A stretch of DNA of 64,000 nucleotides from a virus (IMGVR_UViG_3300035208_002115), one strand, 5' to 3'. Counted from the first letter of the stretch, positions 18,701-28,400 are shown. Made by a program: numbers and translations. Notes: generated from the sequence alone by a model not told the origin.

Positions 18701-19438
18701 ATTAATATAGGTATGTTCATTCGTTATCTCAATGAAATCGTGTGTTTTCGACACAATATCCCACATTACATAACCATGACCATAAGGATGTTCACCAAAA
18801 TTTTGTTGAATCAAAGAAGACGGATAAACTACATTATCCAATTTCCCAAACTTTTGATAAAGGTGAATATCTCCCATCATTGTAAAATCACCTTTAAAAT
18901 CACTAACACTGAAATAATTCAGGTCTTTCATAGGTTCACCATTATGCGATAAACAACCTGATATCGGGTCGTGAAATAAATCTATATATATTTGATTCTT
19001 ATCCTTAATATGTGTTTTATCTTCCCAAGGATTTCTTAATTCTCTATCCCTATGATTCCACACTGCAAATGTAATATTGTCATATTGATAAAATCCAGTC
19101 TTATTATAATAAGTTATTTTTGGATTATTAATCATTTGTGTCACTGTCTGTATGACATCAACACGAGAAAGATTCTTTTTTTGTAAATCGTGATTACCTC
19201 TGGTGATTACAACTGGTGCAATTCGAGTAAGATTATTAAGAAAACTCGCCATTAATAATTGGGCTTCTCCTGATAAATCTATATAATCATGGTATAAATC
19301 ACCAGCTATTGTAATTAAGTCTGGTTTATTTTTTCTTAAATCATCATACAACAAATTGAATTGTCTGACATACATTTCATGTAATACAGGAGATTTTCTA
19401 ATATGAATATCAGCAAGGTGAGCTATTTTACGAATCAT
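15737..19438 (-). CDS. Fused Mre11/SbcD nuclease and Rad50/SbcC ATPase (gp47-gp46 fusion)
   Basis: Metallophosphoesterase motifs DIH, GDLYH, GNHD, GDIH; Walker A GENQQGKTT; coiled coil with CITC Zn hook; signature SSGKE; Walker B IIFDE; H-loop IEHN. Confidence 0.92.
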   Translation of the reverse strand: MIRKIAHLADIHIRKSPVLHEMYVRQFNLLYDDLRKNKPDLITIAGDLYHDYIDLSGEAQLLMASFLNNLTRIAPVVITRGNHDLQKKNLSRVDVIQTVTQMINNPKITYYNKTGFYQYDNITFAVWNHRDRELRNPWEDKTHIKDKNQIYIDLFHDPISGCLSHNGEPMKDLNYFSVSDFKGDFTMMGDIHLYQKFGKLDNVVYPSSLIQQNFGEHPYGHGYVMWDIVSKTHDFIEITNEHTYINFELSENTDYDNLNLSSKYIKSEPEIKVKWRDIKANVNRDNEIKIRKYIKEKYGLDKLVVERFPIYTNISDIQMVNEGINVNDLSVQRAIFEEYLKANGYDVDFIKEVLKIDDLVNSRLDVNSERVQIEWRIESFWFDNFKSYGDGNIIDWNYINGIIQIHGENQQGKTTILDAITYILYGITTSTTKEEKFGDNRFINNKRDLDYCKGGSVLNINGEKYTMFRKTERKWKRNKADGIGSINSILEFYRGTEMKPENLINGEQDKDTQKLINDALGNFKDFIRLALTTADNLNDLLSVDRSIFVDSLIKDAGYDIFETKMSEYKSIQKEEKDERVTINVLEEETKIETYNNQIAELTKSKDEIDSKIIEVKGFKDQRNKEKESKIKELHKVDEDLQGINIETLNKNIVFNNTKIQENKDSIIKIDTEITGLPSTFDHESFNKKSADYDDKKNKITTLRIEVTELGSSIKTYETNLSQIDEKISNIVKEKVTEINTEIAKITNNIENKKKDVIQLVKDNMADLKAELQTCGNEIQNLTTKQDSLKENATKLKDEISDLENSKNCITCGRPLDSLEPEHIEHIRERVNKIKEDLTKLQDQYNLLETNKKPYRDKSKYILEKSEKIKNKNFEDDEVLKVEYDNALLFINKNEEIIKKHNTDIELLNQNLLESFDDIQQKIKSIKDNENTYRTKLTELTASKNTKTEEGVKLTTESNTLKEEVEKLKITKENFESRKDKVNTKEKLALENDNLSLKTKNDKMLIDKYNSQKGNILENESIQLLIDAIEEKMAADDVIIESFNTQRDDVIKDIPLVELNISNIEKNIEKYKEQIRKDEISNAYLKAVHRDGIPTFLLKKSIELLNTDLNNLLTNVDFTVFFDDELKLRLSTKNRLDVSQNAIESSGKERTFIAVALKIALRKINTNSKCDFIIFDEIMGKLLNNSVDQFIEFLTDISKNIGKLIIIEHNHPIPYDALIEVAKDEEGVSTLTLV

Positions 19439-19502
19439 GTTATTAAATTATTTTTAAATAATATATTCATTAAAACGATTTTTGTTTATAATAGTTAATA
19501 AA

Positions 19503-20516
19503 TTAATCACCAAAACCCAACAATCGTAATTTAATATATCGATTACCTTTTCTGACTAACTCATCACCATCACAATCCAAAAAATAATAAGTGTCAGATT
19601 TTAACTGGAACAACAATTTTTCCAAGTCCTCATCATTCTTTAGTGCAACGGCAGTCTTTCCACATTTATAACATCTTTTGAATTCTTTGATATTATTTTG
19701 TTTTAAAAGGTCTTTAATAAAAAAATCATCTTTAATTTCTTTATAATCCCAATAATCATCCTCACCTTTATTTTTTAACATGATATATTCTTCATTCATA
19801 TAAACGATGATGTAATTATATTCTTTGGTCTCCAGATAATCTTTGAATAATTTTCTGGCAGATTCTCCGAATTTATATGTAATACCTTTCAATAACATAG
19901 ATTGTTTATAGTATTCATTAACATTAAAATCCAGTTTTATTGGATTCTTTTTATCCTTATTGATGTATTTCATAACAAACATTTCCTTAGTATCTTCCTC
20001 ATTAACATGAATATCAGTATATCCAATATATTCACTTCGGTGTTCAATCTCAGGATTTTCATCTTTATATTTTTTATATGTATCCCAATTATCATCAAAA
20101 TATGGAAACATAATCAATAAAGAAGATTTTACTTTACCCATATCGGCAAAATATTTCATTTTAATGGGTTTGTCACCTTTAAATATTTTATATTGAATAA
20201 TATCAGGGTGTGTCATTATTTCACCGTATTCTTTAGTGCAACATCTTAAACTTGTAATGCTTGAACTGAATTTACTACCATTATAAACTGTTCTTATCTT
20301 TTGAAATTTATCATCAAATATATCAGTATTATTATTAAATTTCAAAACAACAGTACCGTTGTCCTTTTTATCTACAACTGTTAAAATAACATCTTTTTCC
20401 AAATATTCACCCCATTTAATATTTAAAGCAAATTTAGTTTCATAATAACTAACACTTTTGTCAACAAGGGTTATCAATTGTTGTCCGACTTGTAGTTCTT
20501 TTAATGAAAGTTTCAT
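19503..20516 (-). CDS. Hypothetical protein with RxxKL tag
   Basis: Likely start MKLSLKELQVG at 20516 (the longer track ORF overlaps the neighbour); ends RYIKLRLLGFGD. Confidence 0.7.
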   Translation of the reverse strand: MKLSLKELQVGQQLITLVDKSVSYYETKFALNIKWGEYLEKDVILTVVDKKDNGTVVLKFNNNTDIFDDKFQKIRTVYNGSKFSSSITSLRCCTKEYGEIMTHPDIIQYKIFKGDKPIKMKYFADMGKVKSSLLIMFPYFDDNWDTYKKYKDENPEIEHRSEYIGYTDIHVNEEDTKEMFVMKYINKDKKNPIKLDFNVNEYYKQSMLLKGITYKFGESARKLFKDYLETKEYNYIIVYMNEEYIMLKNKGEDDYWDYKEIKDDFFIKDLLKQNNIKEFKRCYKCGKTAVALKNDEDLEKLLFQLKSDTYYFLDCDGDELVRKGNRYIKLRLLGFGD

Positions 20517-20649
20517 AATGAATAGTTTAATGTAATAGAGTGTAAAAATAAGAAAAAAAAATATAATATATAATATATAATATATCATTAAGTTGTACCT
20601 TTCGAACATATGTTGATATTTAAAAATGTTATTTGGAAATTTACTTTTT

Positions 20650-20657
20650 AATATATA
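20650..20657 (+). promoter_or_regulatory. Putative phage late promoter AATATATA
   Basis: Motif recurs upstream of structural and leader-bearing genes. Confidence 0.55.
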
Positions 20658-20687
20658 AACAATATAGAAAAAATTAATTGTTTTTAA

Positions 20688-22145
20688 ATGACCCAAAAGA
20701 TAAAGAATAAACAAATAAATATTGCGACACCTTTTGATTTTAATAATCAAAGATTATATAATTTAGCATCACCTACTGGTTCAACTGATGCTACTAATAA
20801 AGAATATGTTGATAGTAATGCAATAAATTATTCTCTTGGTACAGGTTTATATTCAGGGGGAATCGTAACAATTGATGATAATACACATTTTTCGATAACA
20901 TCTGGTGTTGGATATATTGTTGATTCGATTACTAAATATGCAATCATTGTTAAATTTACAGCTAAAAGCGGTGTTACATTAATGGATATTGGTGAAACAG
21001 ATATCACAGTCTCAATAGCAATTGATATAAATGGTGATGTATTTCAACAAGTTCCAGTATTTACACCAATACAAAGAAGAAATTATATTGTATTAGGTGA
21101 ATTATTTGTAAACCCATTAACACAAAATTTATCAGCCGTTTGGTATAGACCTGTTTTTAGTTGGGATACATCAACAATTGTTGACTGTGAATATTTAGCA
21201 AAATGTAAATCAATAATTGGTAATTCAATATCACCTAATGGTTCAAATTTATTATTGGATGTTTCTTCTGGGGAAATGCAAGGATATTCTATTAATGCTA
21301 TAAATTCATTTACGAACCCAAATTATATGACATTTACTGGTGAAACCGCATTTAGTTTTATAACTTCATTTCATAATGGAACAGAATGGGTATTTCAAAC
21401 TGAAATTAATCAAATAGAACCCCAATATTATTCTAATGGTAGCACATCTTTACAGTCAGTTGCAAATAATAAATGGAGTATTAGATTATTAATGAGGGGT
21501 GCTATCACAGGAAAATTGTATTTATCTTATCCAACTCATCCAAGTGTATATAACGATTCCTCAACAGCCAAGGCTGATTTAATTAATTTAATTTATTTAA
21601 TACCAGATGAATTATCAACTGTTGTTGTACCATGTATGTTTTTAATTGTAAGAGGTGCTGCAATTGATTTATCAATAACTACTGATGCGGTATTTGTTCC
21701 AGTGCAAGCTATTAATTTTACGGCTGGAGCTTCGGCATCAGTGTTAGCATATGATGTTGTTTTTGATAATTCTGGTTCAACAAATTTAGTTTCAGTTGAT
21801 GCCCAAAATGTTATTAATGAAATAAATAATAAAATAGAAAATTTAAATTATTCATCTGATGTAAACATGGTTGCTAATTCTGGTGTATCTGGGATATATT
21901 TGGCTTGTAATACGGGTATTACTGCTGAACCAGCTACAAGAGTCGGGGTGTTTCTAAATTCAATTGAAGTGCCTGTTGGTAACGGGACTACATCGGAAGT
22001 ATGTTATTTTAGTTCGGATAGTGGTGTTACAGCTAAAGCATGGAATAATATAACACTTGGTGACCATTTATACTGGAATGGTAGTATTGCACCGTTTCAA
22101 TTAGAAACCACAGATGGTTTATCATTTGAATATTTAATAATATAA
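20688..22145 (+). CDS. Virion structural / fibre-like protein
   Basis: NLASPTGSTDATNKEYVD fibre motif; beta-rich and S/T/G-rich; late-promoter motif upstream. Confidence 0.7.
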   Translation: MTQKIKNKQINIATPFDFNNQRLYNLASPTGSTDATNKEYVDSNAINYSLGTGLYSGGIVTIDDNTHFSITSGVGYIVDSITKYAIIVKFTAKSGVTLMDIGETDITVSIAIDINGDVFQQVPVFTPIQRRNYIVLGELFVNPLTQNLSAVWYRPVFSWDTSTIVDCEYLAKCKSIIGNSISPNGSNLLLDVSSGEMQGYSINAINSFTNPNYMTFTGETAFSFITSFHNGTEWVFQTEINQIEPQYYSNGSTSLQSVANNKWSIRLLMRGAITGKLYLSYPTHPSVYNDSSTAKADLINLIYLIPDELSTVVVPCMFLIVRGAAIDLSITTDAVFVPVQAINFTAGASASVLAYDVVFDNSGSTNLVSVDAQNVINEINNKIENLNYSSDVNMVANSGVSGIYLACNTGITAEPATRVGVFLNSIEVPVGNGTTSEVCYFSSDSGVTAKAWNNITLGDHLYWNGSIAPFQLETTDGLSFEYLII

Positions 22146-22796
22146 TTATATAATATCTTTAGGTTCAGATGGTTCAGCAGAGTCTGGTTCACCCTCAACA
22201 TCGTTATCATCATCTAACATTTTATGACGTTCTTCGATAGACTGTGTAATCATATCTTCAAACCACTTCCAAGCTGCCTTTTTATCATCATCTGTGATTT
22301 TGATGTTTTTTCCTTCATCACCCGTTATATCTTCATCTGTATATGCTCTCCAACCCTTTTCATATTTTACCAGTTTGTTACCAGCCTCAACAGGTGGTAT
22401 AGCTATATAACATTTAGATAAACTTTTATCTTCCTGATTTAAATCCCATATATATTTGGGATTACTTTCATAATCACTTCTTACTAACCCATAATCTGAA
22501 GTAAGTTCAAATTTAATATACATGACAGGATGTTCCCAGTCACCACCAGCCATCCATAAATCAGCATTTATCTCATATTTCACAGGTTGGTCTTTTCGTA
22601 AATTTTTTGTTATATAAAAAGTTTTCTTTTGCCCTGTTGAATCATCATTCTCCAAATCAAAATGTGTTTTATAATAATTCTGACCGAATTTAACAATTTT
22701 ATGCCATGCATTACTCACAATTGTTTTATAATTAAAAATTTCATCATTCTTTTTTCTATTGATGACTGATTCGTTAAATGTGTATAAGTATTTCAT
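22146..22796 (-). CDS. Putative internal virion protein
   Basis: Leader MKYLYTFNES. Confidence 0.7.
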   Translation of the reverse strand: MKYLYTFNESVINRKKNDEIFNYKTIVSNAWHKIVKFGQNYYKTHFDLENDDSTGQKKTFYITKNLRKDQPVKYEINADLWMAGGDWEHPVMYIKFELTSDYGLVRSDYESNPKYIWDLNQEDKSLSKCYIAIPPVEAGNKLVKYEKGWRAYTDEDITGDEGKNIKITDDDKKAAWKWFEDMITQSIEERHKMLDDDNDVEGEPDSAEPSEPKDII

Positions 22797-22798
22797 TT

Positions 22799-23395
22799 TT
22801 ATTTATAGGTTTTTAATATATTAATGATTTTTCCAATAGTTTCTTTATCTAATTGAGACAATCTTACCCATTCAAATAAGTTTTTATATGTAGCTCTATC
22901 TTTCCATGCACCATAATCAAGTAATAACTCAATAACATCCAATTTACCTTTAACAACAGCAATATACAATGCGGTATAACCGAATTTATTTTTACTAAAA
23001 ATGTTTATACCTGCATCAAGAAGTATATCTATTATAGGTAATTGGTCTTCTGATGGTTTAATAAATGAGTGTCCTATTGCAATCAATAATGCATTATTTT
23101 TCTTTTTATCATTTATGTTAAGGTCAGCACCTTTTTCAACTAAATATTCAACTAATGCCTTATTGCTACTCAAAACAGCATACATTAATGGTGTATATCC
23201 TTCAGAACTGCTTCTAACATTAATATCAGCACCTCTATCCAATGCAAGTTCAATGCCCCTTATATAACCATTATCAGCACATTTTAATATCATATCATCT
23301 GGTGTTAAATCTTTTAATGAATCCAAGATTTCATCTTCCGTTTTAGGAATCATTTTATCTTTTAAAGATTCGTTGAATGATTTTAAGTGTTTCAT
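22799..23395 (-). CDS. Ankyrin-repeat protein with capsid-targeting-like leader
   Basis: GYTPLMYAV...LVEKGADLN, NNALLIA, GYTALYIAV...LLDYGA; leader MKHLKSFNES. Confidence 0.88.
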   Translation of the reverse strand: MKHLKSFNESLKDKMIPKTEDEILDSLKDLTPDDMILKCADNGYIRGIELALDRGADINVRSSSEGYTPLMYAVLSSNKALVEYLVEKGADLNINDKKKNNALLIAIGHSFIKPSEDQLPIIDILLDAGINIFSKNKFGYTALYIAVVKGKLDVIELLLDYGAWKDRATYKNLFEWVRLSQLDKETIGKIINILKTYK

Positions 23396-23883
23396 TATTT
23401 TAATTCTGAGTTTACATAATTTTTAAATTCTTCAATAATTTCATCCATATATAAAGAATAATTATAGAATTTCTTAGCTATCACTTCATTTTGATATCTT
23501 TCTTTCCCGTGTATTTCAGTCTTCTGAGCTTTTAATTCAAGGTGAACAGTATATGTTCTACCATATTCACCTTCTACTTTCACTCCAACTGGATTTATAC
23601 CAGTTTCTATCCACACCATAGCATTACCATTTATAGTATCATATTGTTCTTCATTATCAATTTTAATTTCATCCTTACTCACTCTGTAAATAGAAGTTGC
23701 TCCATATCCTAAATAGTCTTGAAATTTGTTCTTTTCGAATTCTTGTAAATGTAATAACGAACCAATTTCTGATTCAAATTTTTCAGAAAAGTCTGATATC
23801 AATCTCATATCATCTATTTTATCTTGTTTAGTGTGAATATAATTTTCGTTTAAAAAATTACTAAAGTCTTTTAATATTTTCAT
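23395..23883 (-). CDS. Putative internal virion protein
   Basis: Leader MKILKDFSNFLNEN; AATATATA at 23905-23912. Confidence 0.7.
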   Translation of the reverse strand: MKILKDFSNFLNENYIHTKQDKIDDMRLISDFSEKFESEIGSLLHLQEFEKNKFQDYLGYGATSIYRVSKDEIKIDNEEQYDTINGNAMVWIETGINPVGVKVEGEYGRTYTVHLELKAQKTEIHGKERYQNEVIAKKFYNYSLYMDEIIEEFKNYVNSELK

Positions 23884-23924
23884 TTCTATAAGTTATTTTT
23901 TGTTTATATATTAAATAATTAAAA

Positions 23925-24800
23925 TTATTTCGAAATTTTATCCAGATATCGGATAAATGAGAATACGGGTTTATGAGTTTGACTTATAATATCACCTTTT
24001 ATATAGGGTAAAATCTTAACTGTATATTTTTCTTTCAGTCTATCTATATATTTTTTAAGTATTTCATCTTGATTTCTGTATGTGTACGACTCAGGATGAT
24101 TTTCTTTAATGAAAATAAATGTATCATCTGGAATGATGAATCTATTATTTTTAATTAAAATTTCCCCCTCATTCTTAAATACTGAAGCAAATGCTAATAT
24201 GATAAATTGAAACATGATGTCCAATTCATCTCGTTTATATTTTGGTTTTTCTTTATTTAATATTTGAAGGGATTTATCTAATAATTCTTGGTAATTTTTG
24301 ATTTTTAAATCACCGATTTTATGTATATCTCTTTCATCTAATTCACGAAACAAATCATACATTTGTCCATTAATTTGTCTATATAATTTTAATAAATTAT
24401 TATCGATATTTTTTTTATAATTTTCAAAATATTCGGTCTTTCTGATGCCCTGATATAGTAAACTCCCAGTCGAATAATCATCATCAACTTGATATAACCT
24501 TCTTAAAACTTTCATATTATCCTTAGTTAAATATACTAAATCATCATAACGAACCTTTTCTATTTCATTTAATGTTTGAACAGATTCTTTTTTCATAACC
24601 AATAAAATATCCCGAATATCGAAATACCCATTAATTATATTGATATTATCAGATATACCAATAAGATTTTTTAGTTCTCCAGATAATAAATTTTTTATAG
24701 TTTCCTCATTAAATTTTAACACGAGATAATAATACTTGTCATAGTTTTCAGTAGACAAATTATATTCGTTTATCTCACTATATGTGTTTAAATATTTCAT
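23925..24800 (-). CDS. Putative internal virion protein
   Basis: Leader MKYLNTYSEINE. Confidence 0.7.
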   Translation of the reverse strand: MKYLNTYSEINEYNLSTENYDKYYYLVLKFNEETIKNLLSGELKNLIGISDNINIINGYFDIRDILLVMKKESVQTLNEIEKVRYDDLVYLTKDNMKVLRRLYQVDDDYSTGSLLYQGIRKTEYFENYKKNIDNNLLKLYRQINGQMYDLFRELDERDIHKIGDLKIKNYQELLDKSLQILNKEKPKYKRDELDIMFQFIILAFASVFKNEGEILIKNNRFIIPDDTFIFIKENHPESYTYRNQDEILKKYIDRLKEKYTVKILPYIKGDIISQTHKPVFSFIRYLDKISK

Positions 24801-24803
24801 AAT

Positions 24804-25526
24804 TTATGGTTCTATGTAATCTTTTATTGGAACATCTCCCAATATTCTAATTTCATGTGTATCCGTTCCTGTTATAACAGGTGTATTTTTATTTATGTCA
24901 TTTTTATTTATTACAAATATTATTACATTATTAATATCAACTGTTTTTAATCTTTCAATACCGCCAATTATAACGGGGTCGTTCAATCTCACATCAATAT
25001 TAGCACCCGTATAACACATCATTCTTCTGGCATTTTCAACCGATTCAATGAATGGTTCATTGTGTGATAATTTTTGTCTTGAATCAAAATCATCAAAGAA
25101 AACGAGTTTCATTTTATCAATATTCTTACCAACTCGTTTTTCTTGTATTTTTAACCATTCATCAATTAGTTTTTCTAAATCCTCTCTTGTTTTAGCTTTA
25201 GATAATAGAACAGCCAAATATATACCCCAATAATATGTATAAGCAAGTTCTATATCAGATGTGACACTTATACCCTCTATTCTTCCCCCACCAAAACCAG
25301 CACCCCATTTTTGTGCTTTTAAAAAACCGTCAGATAATATTTTATTTTTAAATATGGATACATGATATAATTTATCTGGTAAATTTTCATGTTCAATAAC
25401 TTTACTATTAACATATTCACCATTAATTTCTAATCCACCCGATTCGCCACCCCAACCTTTAAGAACTTTTATATCACTATGTTCATATTCCAATATAAGG
25501 TTTTCAAATGTTTTCAAATATTTCAT
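24804..25526 (-). CDS. ART-fold-like putative internal virion protein
   Basis: KLYHVS..ILSDGFLK...GISVTSD..LA...HEIRI; leader MKYLKTFENLILE. Confidence 0.55.
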   Translation of the reverse strand: MKYLKTFENLILEYEHSDIKVLKGWGGESGGLEINGEYVNSKVIEHENLPDKLYHVSIFKNKILSDGFLKAQKWGAGFGGGRIEGISVTSDIELAYTYYWGIYLAVLLSKAKTREDLEKLIDEWLKIQEKRVGKNIDKMKLVFFDDFDSRQKLSHNEPFIESVENARRMMCYTGANIDVRLNDPVIIGGIERLKTVDINNVIIFVINKNDINKNTPVITGTDTHEIRILGDVPIKDYIEP

Positions 25527-25535
25527 ATTTATACT

Positions 25536-26045
25536 TTAATTTATAATACTTTTTGTATCAAATAAAACATAGTTTCTTGCATCAGTAGTCCATTTATCCA
25601 TGAAGGTATTCCCGATATAACCAAGGTTTTTTAAAAACAAAGAAGCTTCTTTTTCTCCACCCAGTACATAGGCCAACCAATCATATGCTTGTTTATTAGA
25701 AACATCACCATAATCGAGAAAATCAGATTGAAATTCTTCTATCACATCTTCATCTATATCCTGTCTATTCAAAGCACTTTTTATTCTTTCACCGTCTTCA
25801 ATGACTGCATCTAAATCGAAATAATTTCCGTTTTTAATTTCATGTTCTCGAACAAAACCATGTGTAGTATAATATCTTTGGCTGACTTCTTCTTTGTCAC
25901 TAAAATATATCCCCCAACCACCCATACTTTTACCATCACCAGTACCAACTTTTGTCATATCGAATTCATCAAACTTTCTATCACTGCCATGATAAACTTG
26001 AATTCCCTCAAATATTAAACTTTCAAATGTTTTTAAATATTTCAT
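25536..26045 (-). CDS. ART-PolyVal-like ADP-ribosyltransferase-fold protein
   Basis: VYHGS..KFDEFD..KVGTG.G...GWGIYFS....S.RY...LGYIG...NYVLFD; leader MKYLKTFESLIFE. Confidence 0.7.
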   Translation of the reverse strand: MKYLKTFESLIFEGIQVYHGSDRKFDEFDMTKVGTGDGKSMGGWGIYFSDKEEVSQRYYTTHGFVREHEIKNGNYFDLDAVIEDGERIKSALNRQDIDEDVIEEFQSDFLDYGDVSNKQAYDWLAYVLGGEKEASLFLKNLGYIGNTFMDKWTTDARNYVLFDTKSIIN

Positions 26046-26053
26046 ATTAAAAA

Positions 26054-26458
26054 TTATTGTATTTCTTCTTCATCTCTTTCTATTGCTGGACTCGATGGAT
26101 TAGACTCATCATATGGGAATACATATTTCATATAAATATCATCATATTCTTTTTCAGAAACATTCTCAATTTTATAGAAAAAACGTTTTGCTATAAAATA
26201 CATATCATTAACTGGTTCGTCTGAAATAGTTGTGTTACCACCAGTTGGATGTAATGATATAGATGCTTCATTAAAATCGAAATTATCTATAATCCATTGT
26301 GGCTTTCTGTCTGGAGAACCACCCATATACGGTGTTAATGGATAAATAAAAGAACCTTTTATATCATTCATAAATTCTATAAACTTTTCTTTACTTATTA
26401 TATAAGCATCTGCGTATGTTAATACTGCTTCGTTTGTAAAAGATTTAAAGGTTTTCAT
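26054..26458 (-). CDS. Putative internal virion protein
   Basis: Leader MKTFKSFTNE; AATATATA at 26486-26493. Confidence 0.7.
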   Translation of the reverse strand: MKTFKSFTNEAVLTYADAYIISKEKFIEFMNDIKGSFIYPLTPYMGGSPDRKPQWIIDNFDFNEASISLHPTGGNTTISDEPVNDMYFIAKRFFYKIENVSEKEYDDIYMKYVFPYDESNPSSPAIERDEEEIQ

Positions 26459-26493
26459 TGTTTTGTATTATTTTTAATTATCATTTATATATT

Positions 26494-27294
26494 TTATACT
26501 AATGATTTTAACATATCAATTAATTCAGTTTGTGGGTGACAATCGCTCTTATCAGTACGATAAGATATATGACTATAAATACCAGATTTGCCAGATAAAG
26601 CATTCTTTGATACATCCCACATATCTTCATTGTATACTTTAGATATATTAAATTTATCACACCAATATACTAATAATTTTCTTACAGATTCAATCTGAGC
26701 ATCTGTATATTTTTCAAATCCATAAAATCCTCGGTAACCATTTGGATATTCTTGTACATTTATAACTTGACCAGCTCTAATATTTGCTACGAATTTTCCT
26801 GTTGTTTCATCTGTTTTTGCTGGATACCACAAACCCTTACTTTTTATTAAACCACCCCATGCATCTATTTCAATACCAATAGATTGTTCATTTAACATTT
26901 TATTTCTGGTTGCATAATCACTGAAACCTTTTGATTTCAAAAAATCTGATTTACATCCGATATGGTGACCCCAATATTTTGTTGAAAAACATTGATATAT
27001 ACCCCCTTTGAAATCGACAATAACTGCTGTTGCGATTCGGTCGGCTGTACTACGCCAATAATTAATATCACCGTTTACACCCTGACCAGATACAGTATGG
27101 TGCAACACTATTTGTTTTTTAATTGTTTCTAATTTATAATATTGGTTATCAGGAAAATCTACCTGTATTAAATCTTTTTGAAGGTCTAACGCTGCATATT
27201 GTTTTAACTCAGTGTCTTTATGTACTGCTGCTGTCGATTTGGTATCTTGTATAGTTCCAAATGTCCATTTTGATAGTGGGAATGTAAATGCCAT
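26494..27294 (-). CDS. N-acetylmuramoyl-L-alanine amidase (Amidase_2), probable endolysin
   Basis: IVLHHT, WGHH, NEQSIGIEI, YTDAQIES, YSH...KSDCHP; AATATATA at 27316-27323. Confidence 0.85.
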   Translation of the reverse strand: MAFTFPLSKWTFGTIQDTKSTAAVHKDTELKQYAALDLQKDLIQVDFPDNQYYKLETIKKQIVLHHTVSGQGVNGDINYWRSTADRIATAVIVDFKGGIYQCFSTKYWGHHIGCKSDFLKSKGFSDYATRNKMLNEQSIGIEIDAWGGLIKSKGLWYPAKTDETTGKFVANIRAGQVINVQEYPNGYRGFYGFEKYTDAQIESVRKLLVYWCDKFNISKVYNEDMWDVSKNALSGKSGIYSHISYRTDKSDCHPQTELIDMLKSLV

Positions 27295-27393
27295 AATATT
27301 TTCCTTTGTTTTTATTATATATTAAAATAAAAAAATAATATATACAGATGTAAAAAACTAATATATACAAATACAAAAAATAAAAATTGACAT

Positions 27394-27930
27394 ATGAAAT
27401 ATGTAAAGACTTTCGAAACGTATAACCAAGAAATAATCCAAGAAAAAACTGGATATAAAAAAACATATTATCAACAAGATAATATTGGAAAAGCAAAATA
27501 TACTATCAGCTATCATGATGGTGTTGATACACATAAAGACGGAAGTCCATTTTTTGGTATTAGAACTTTCAAGAATAAAGAGAAAATGAATAAATTTGTT
27601 GATGAATTAAAGAAAAAAGGATATATCGAATCTCTTAATCCTATAAAAGAAAGTAAAACTGAATATAAATCTATAAAAAAAGAAGCTGATTTTTTTAAAT
27701 TAGCTGGTGAAATAGATAAAAAATATTTCCCTGATGTGAAGTATTACAGGGATGATAAAGATGATACGGCTGTGCATTATGCAATCGAAATATTTAATAA
27801 TGGTATATCTGGTTATGACACCCTGATAAATAAATTAGCAAAACATTGTAAAGATACTAAAGAAAATATTCACAATATTGTGAAAAAACACATTGAGGAT
27901 TTTGGTGATTATGAATATGAAGTAAAATAA
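27394..27930 (+). CDS. Putative internal virion protein, two domains
   Basis: Leader MKYVKTFETYNQE; internal IKES; AATATATA at 27360-27367. Confidence 0.7.
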   Translation: MKYVKTFETYNQEIIQEKTGYKKTYYQQDNIGKAKYTISYHDGVDTHKDGSPFFGIRTFKNKEKMNKFVDELKKKGYIESLNPIKESKTEYKSIKKEADFFKLAGEIDKKYFPDVKYYRDDKDDTAVHYAIEIFNNGISGYDTLINKLAKHCKDTKENIHNIVKKHIEDFGDYEYEVK

Positions 27931-27934
27931 AATA

Positions 27935-28318
27935 TTATTTTTTCTCTATTGTTTTATTTTCTATATTATATATAATATAATGAGTATTCATTGGTGCGTG
28001 TGCAGCAGCATTAGTTACAAATTTTAAATCAACGCCTATATTTTTTGCCTTTTTCACAACTTCAGAAGATAGTGGATTTTCAATAATTCTATTAGCTTTA
28101 TTATATCTCCAACTGTCAACTACAATTATAACATCCCAATACTGTGGTTTATCATAATATTCAACTATTATTTTTTTCAATTTTTCCGATTTATCACCAA
28201 ATTTGTTTTCAACCCATCTACTTAAATCATTATATTTTTTAATTACAAATGGTATTAATTCGCTTATAATTAATTCATAATCTCTGTCTGCGTTGAATTC
28301 TTCATATAATTTAACCAT
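27935..28318 (-). CDS. Putative internal virion protein
   Basis: Leader MVKLYEEFN; AATATATA at 28344-28351. Confidence 0.7.
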   Translation of the reverse strand: MVKLYEEFNADRDYELIISELIPFVIKKYNDLSRWVENKFGDKSEKLKKIIVEYYDKPQYWDVIIVVDSWRYNKANRIIENPLSSEVVKKAKNIGVDLKFVTNAAAHAPMNTHYIIYNIENKTIEKK

Positions 28319-28392
28319 AAATAATTACGTCTATATTTTTATTTATATATTAAAAAAGTAGCTGTAATTTTTTTATCCTATTATTTTTTATT

Positions 28393-28400
28393 TATATTTG
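28393..28400 (+). promoter_or_regulatory. Bacteroidota-type -7 element (TATATTTG)
   Basis: TAnnTTTG at the head of the 28421-31371 operon. Confidence 0.55.

Noticed and set aside
20517-20750. Hydrophobic N-terminal extension of ORF 19503-20750
   Set aside because: It overlaps the divergent gene and the AT-rich promoter region; the true start is more likely 20516
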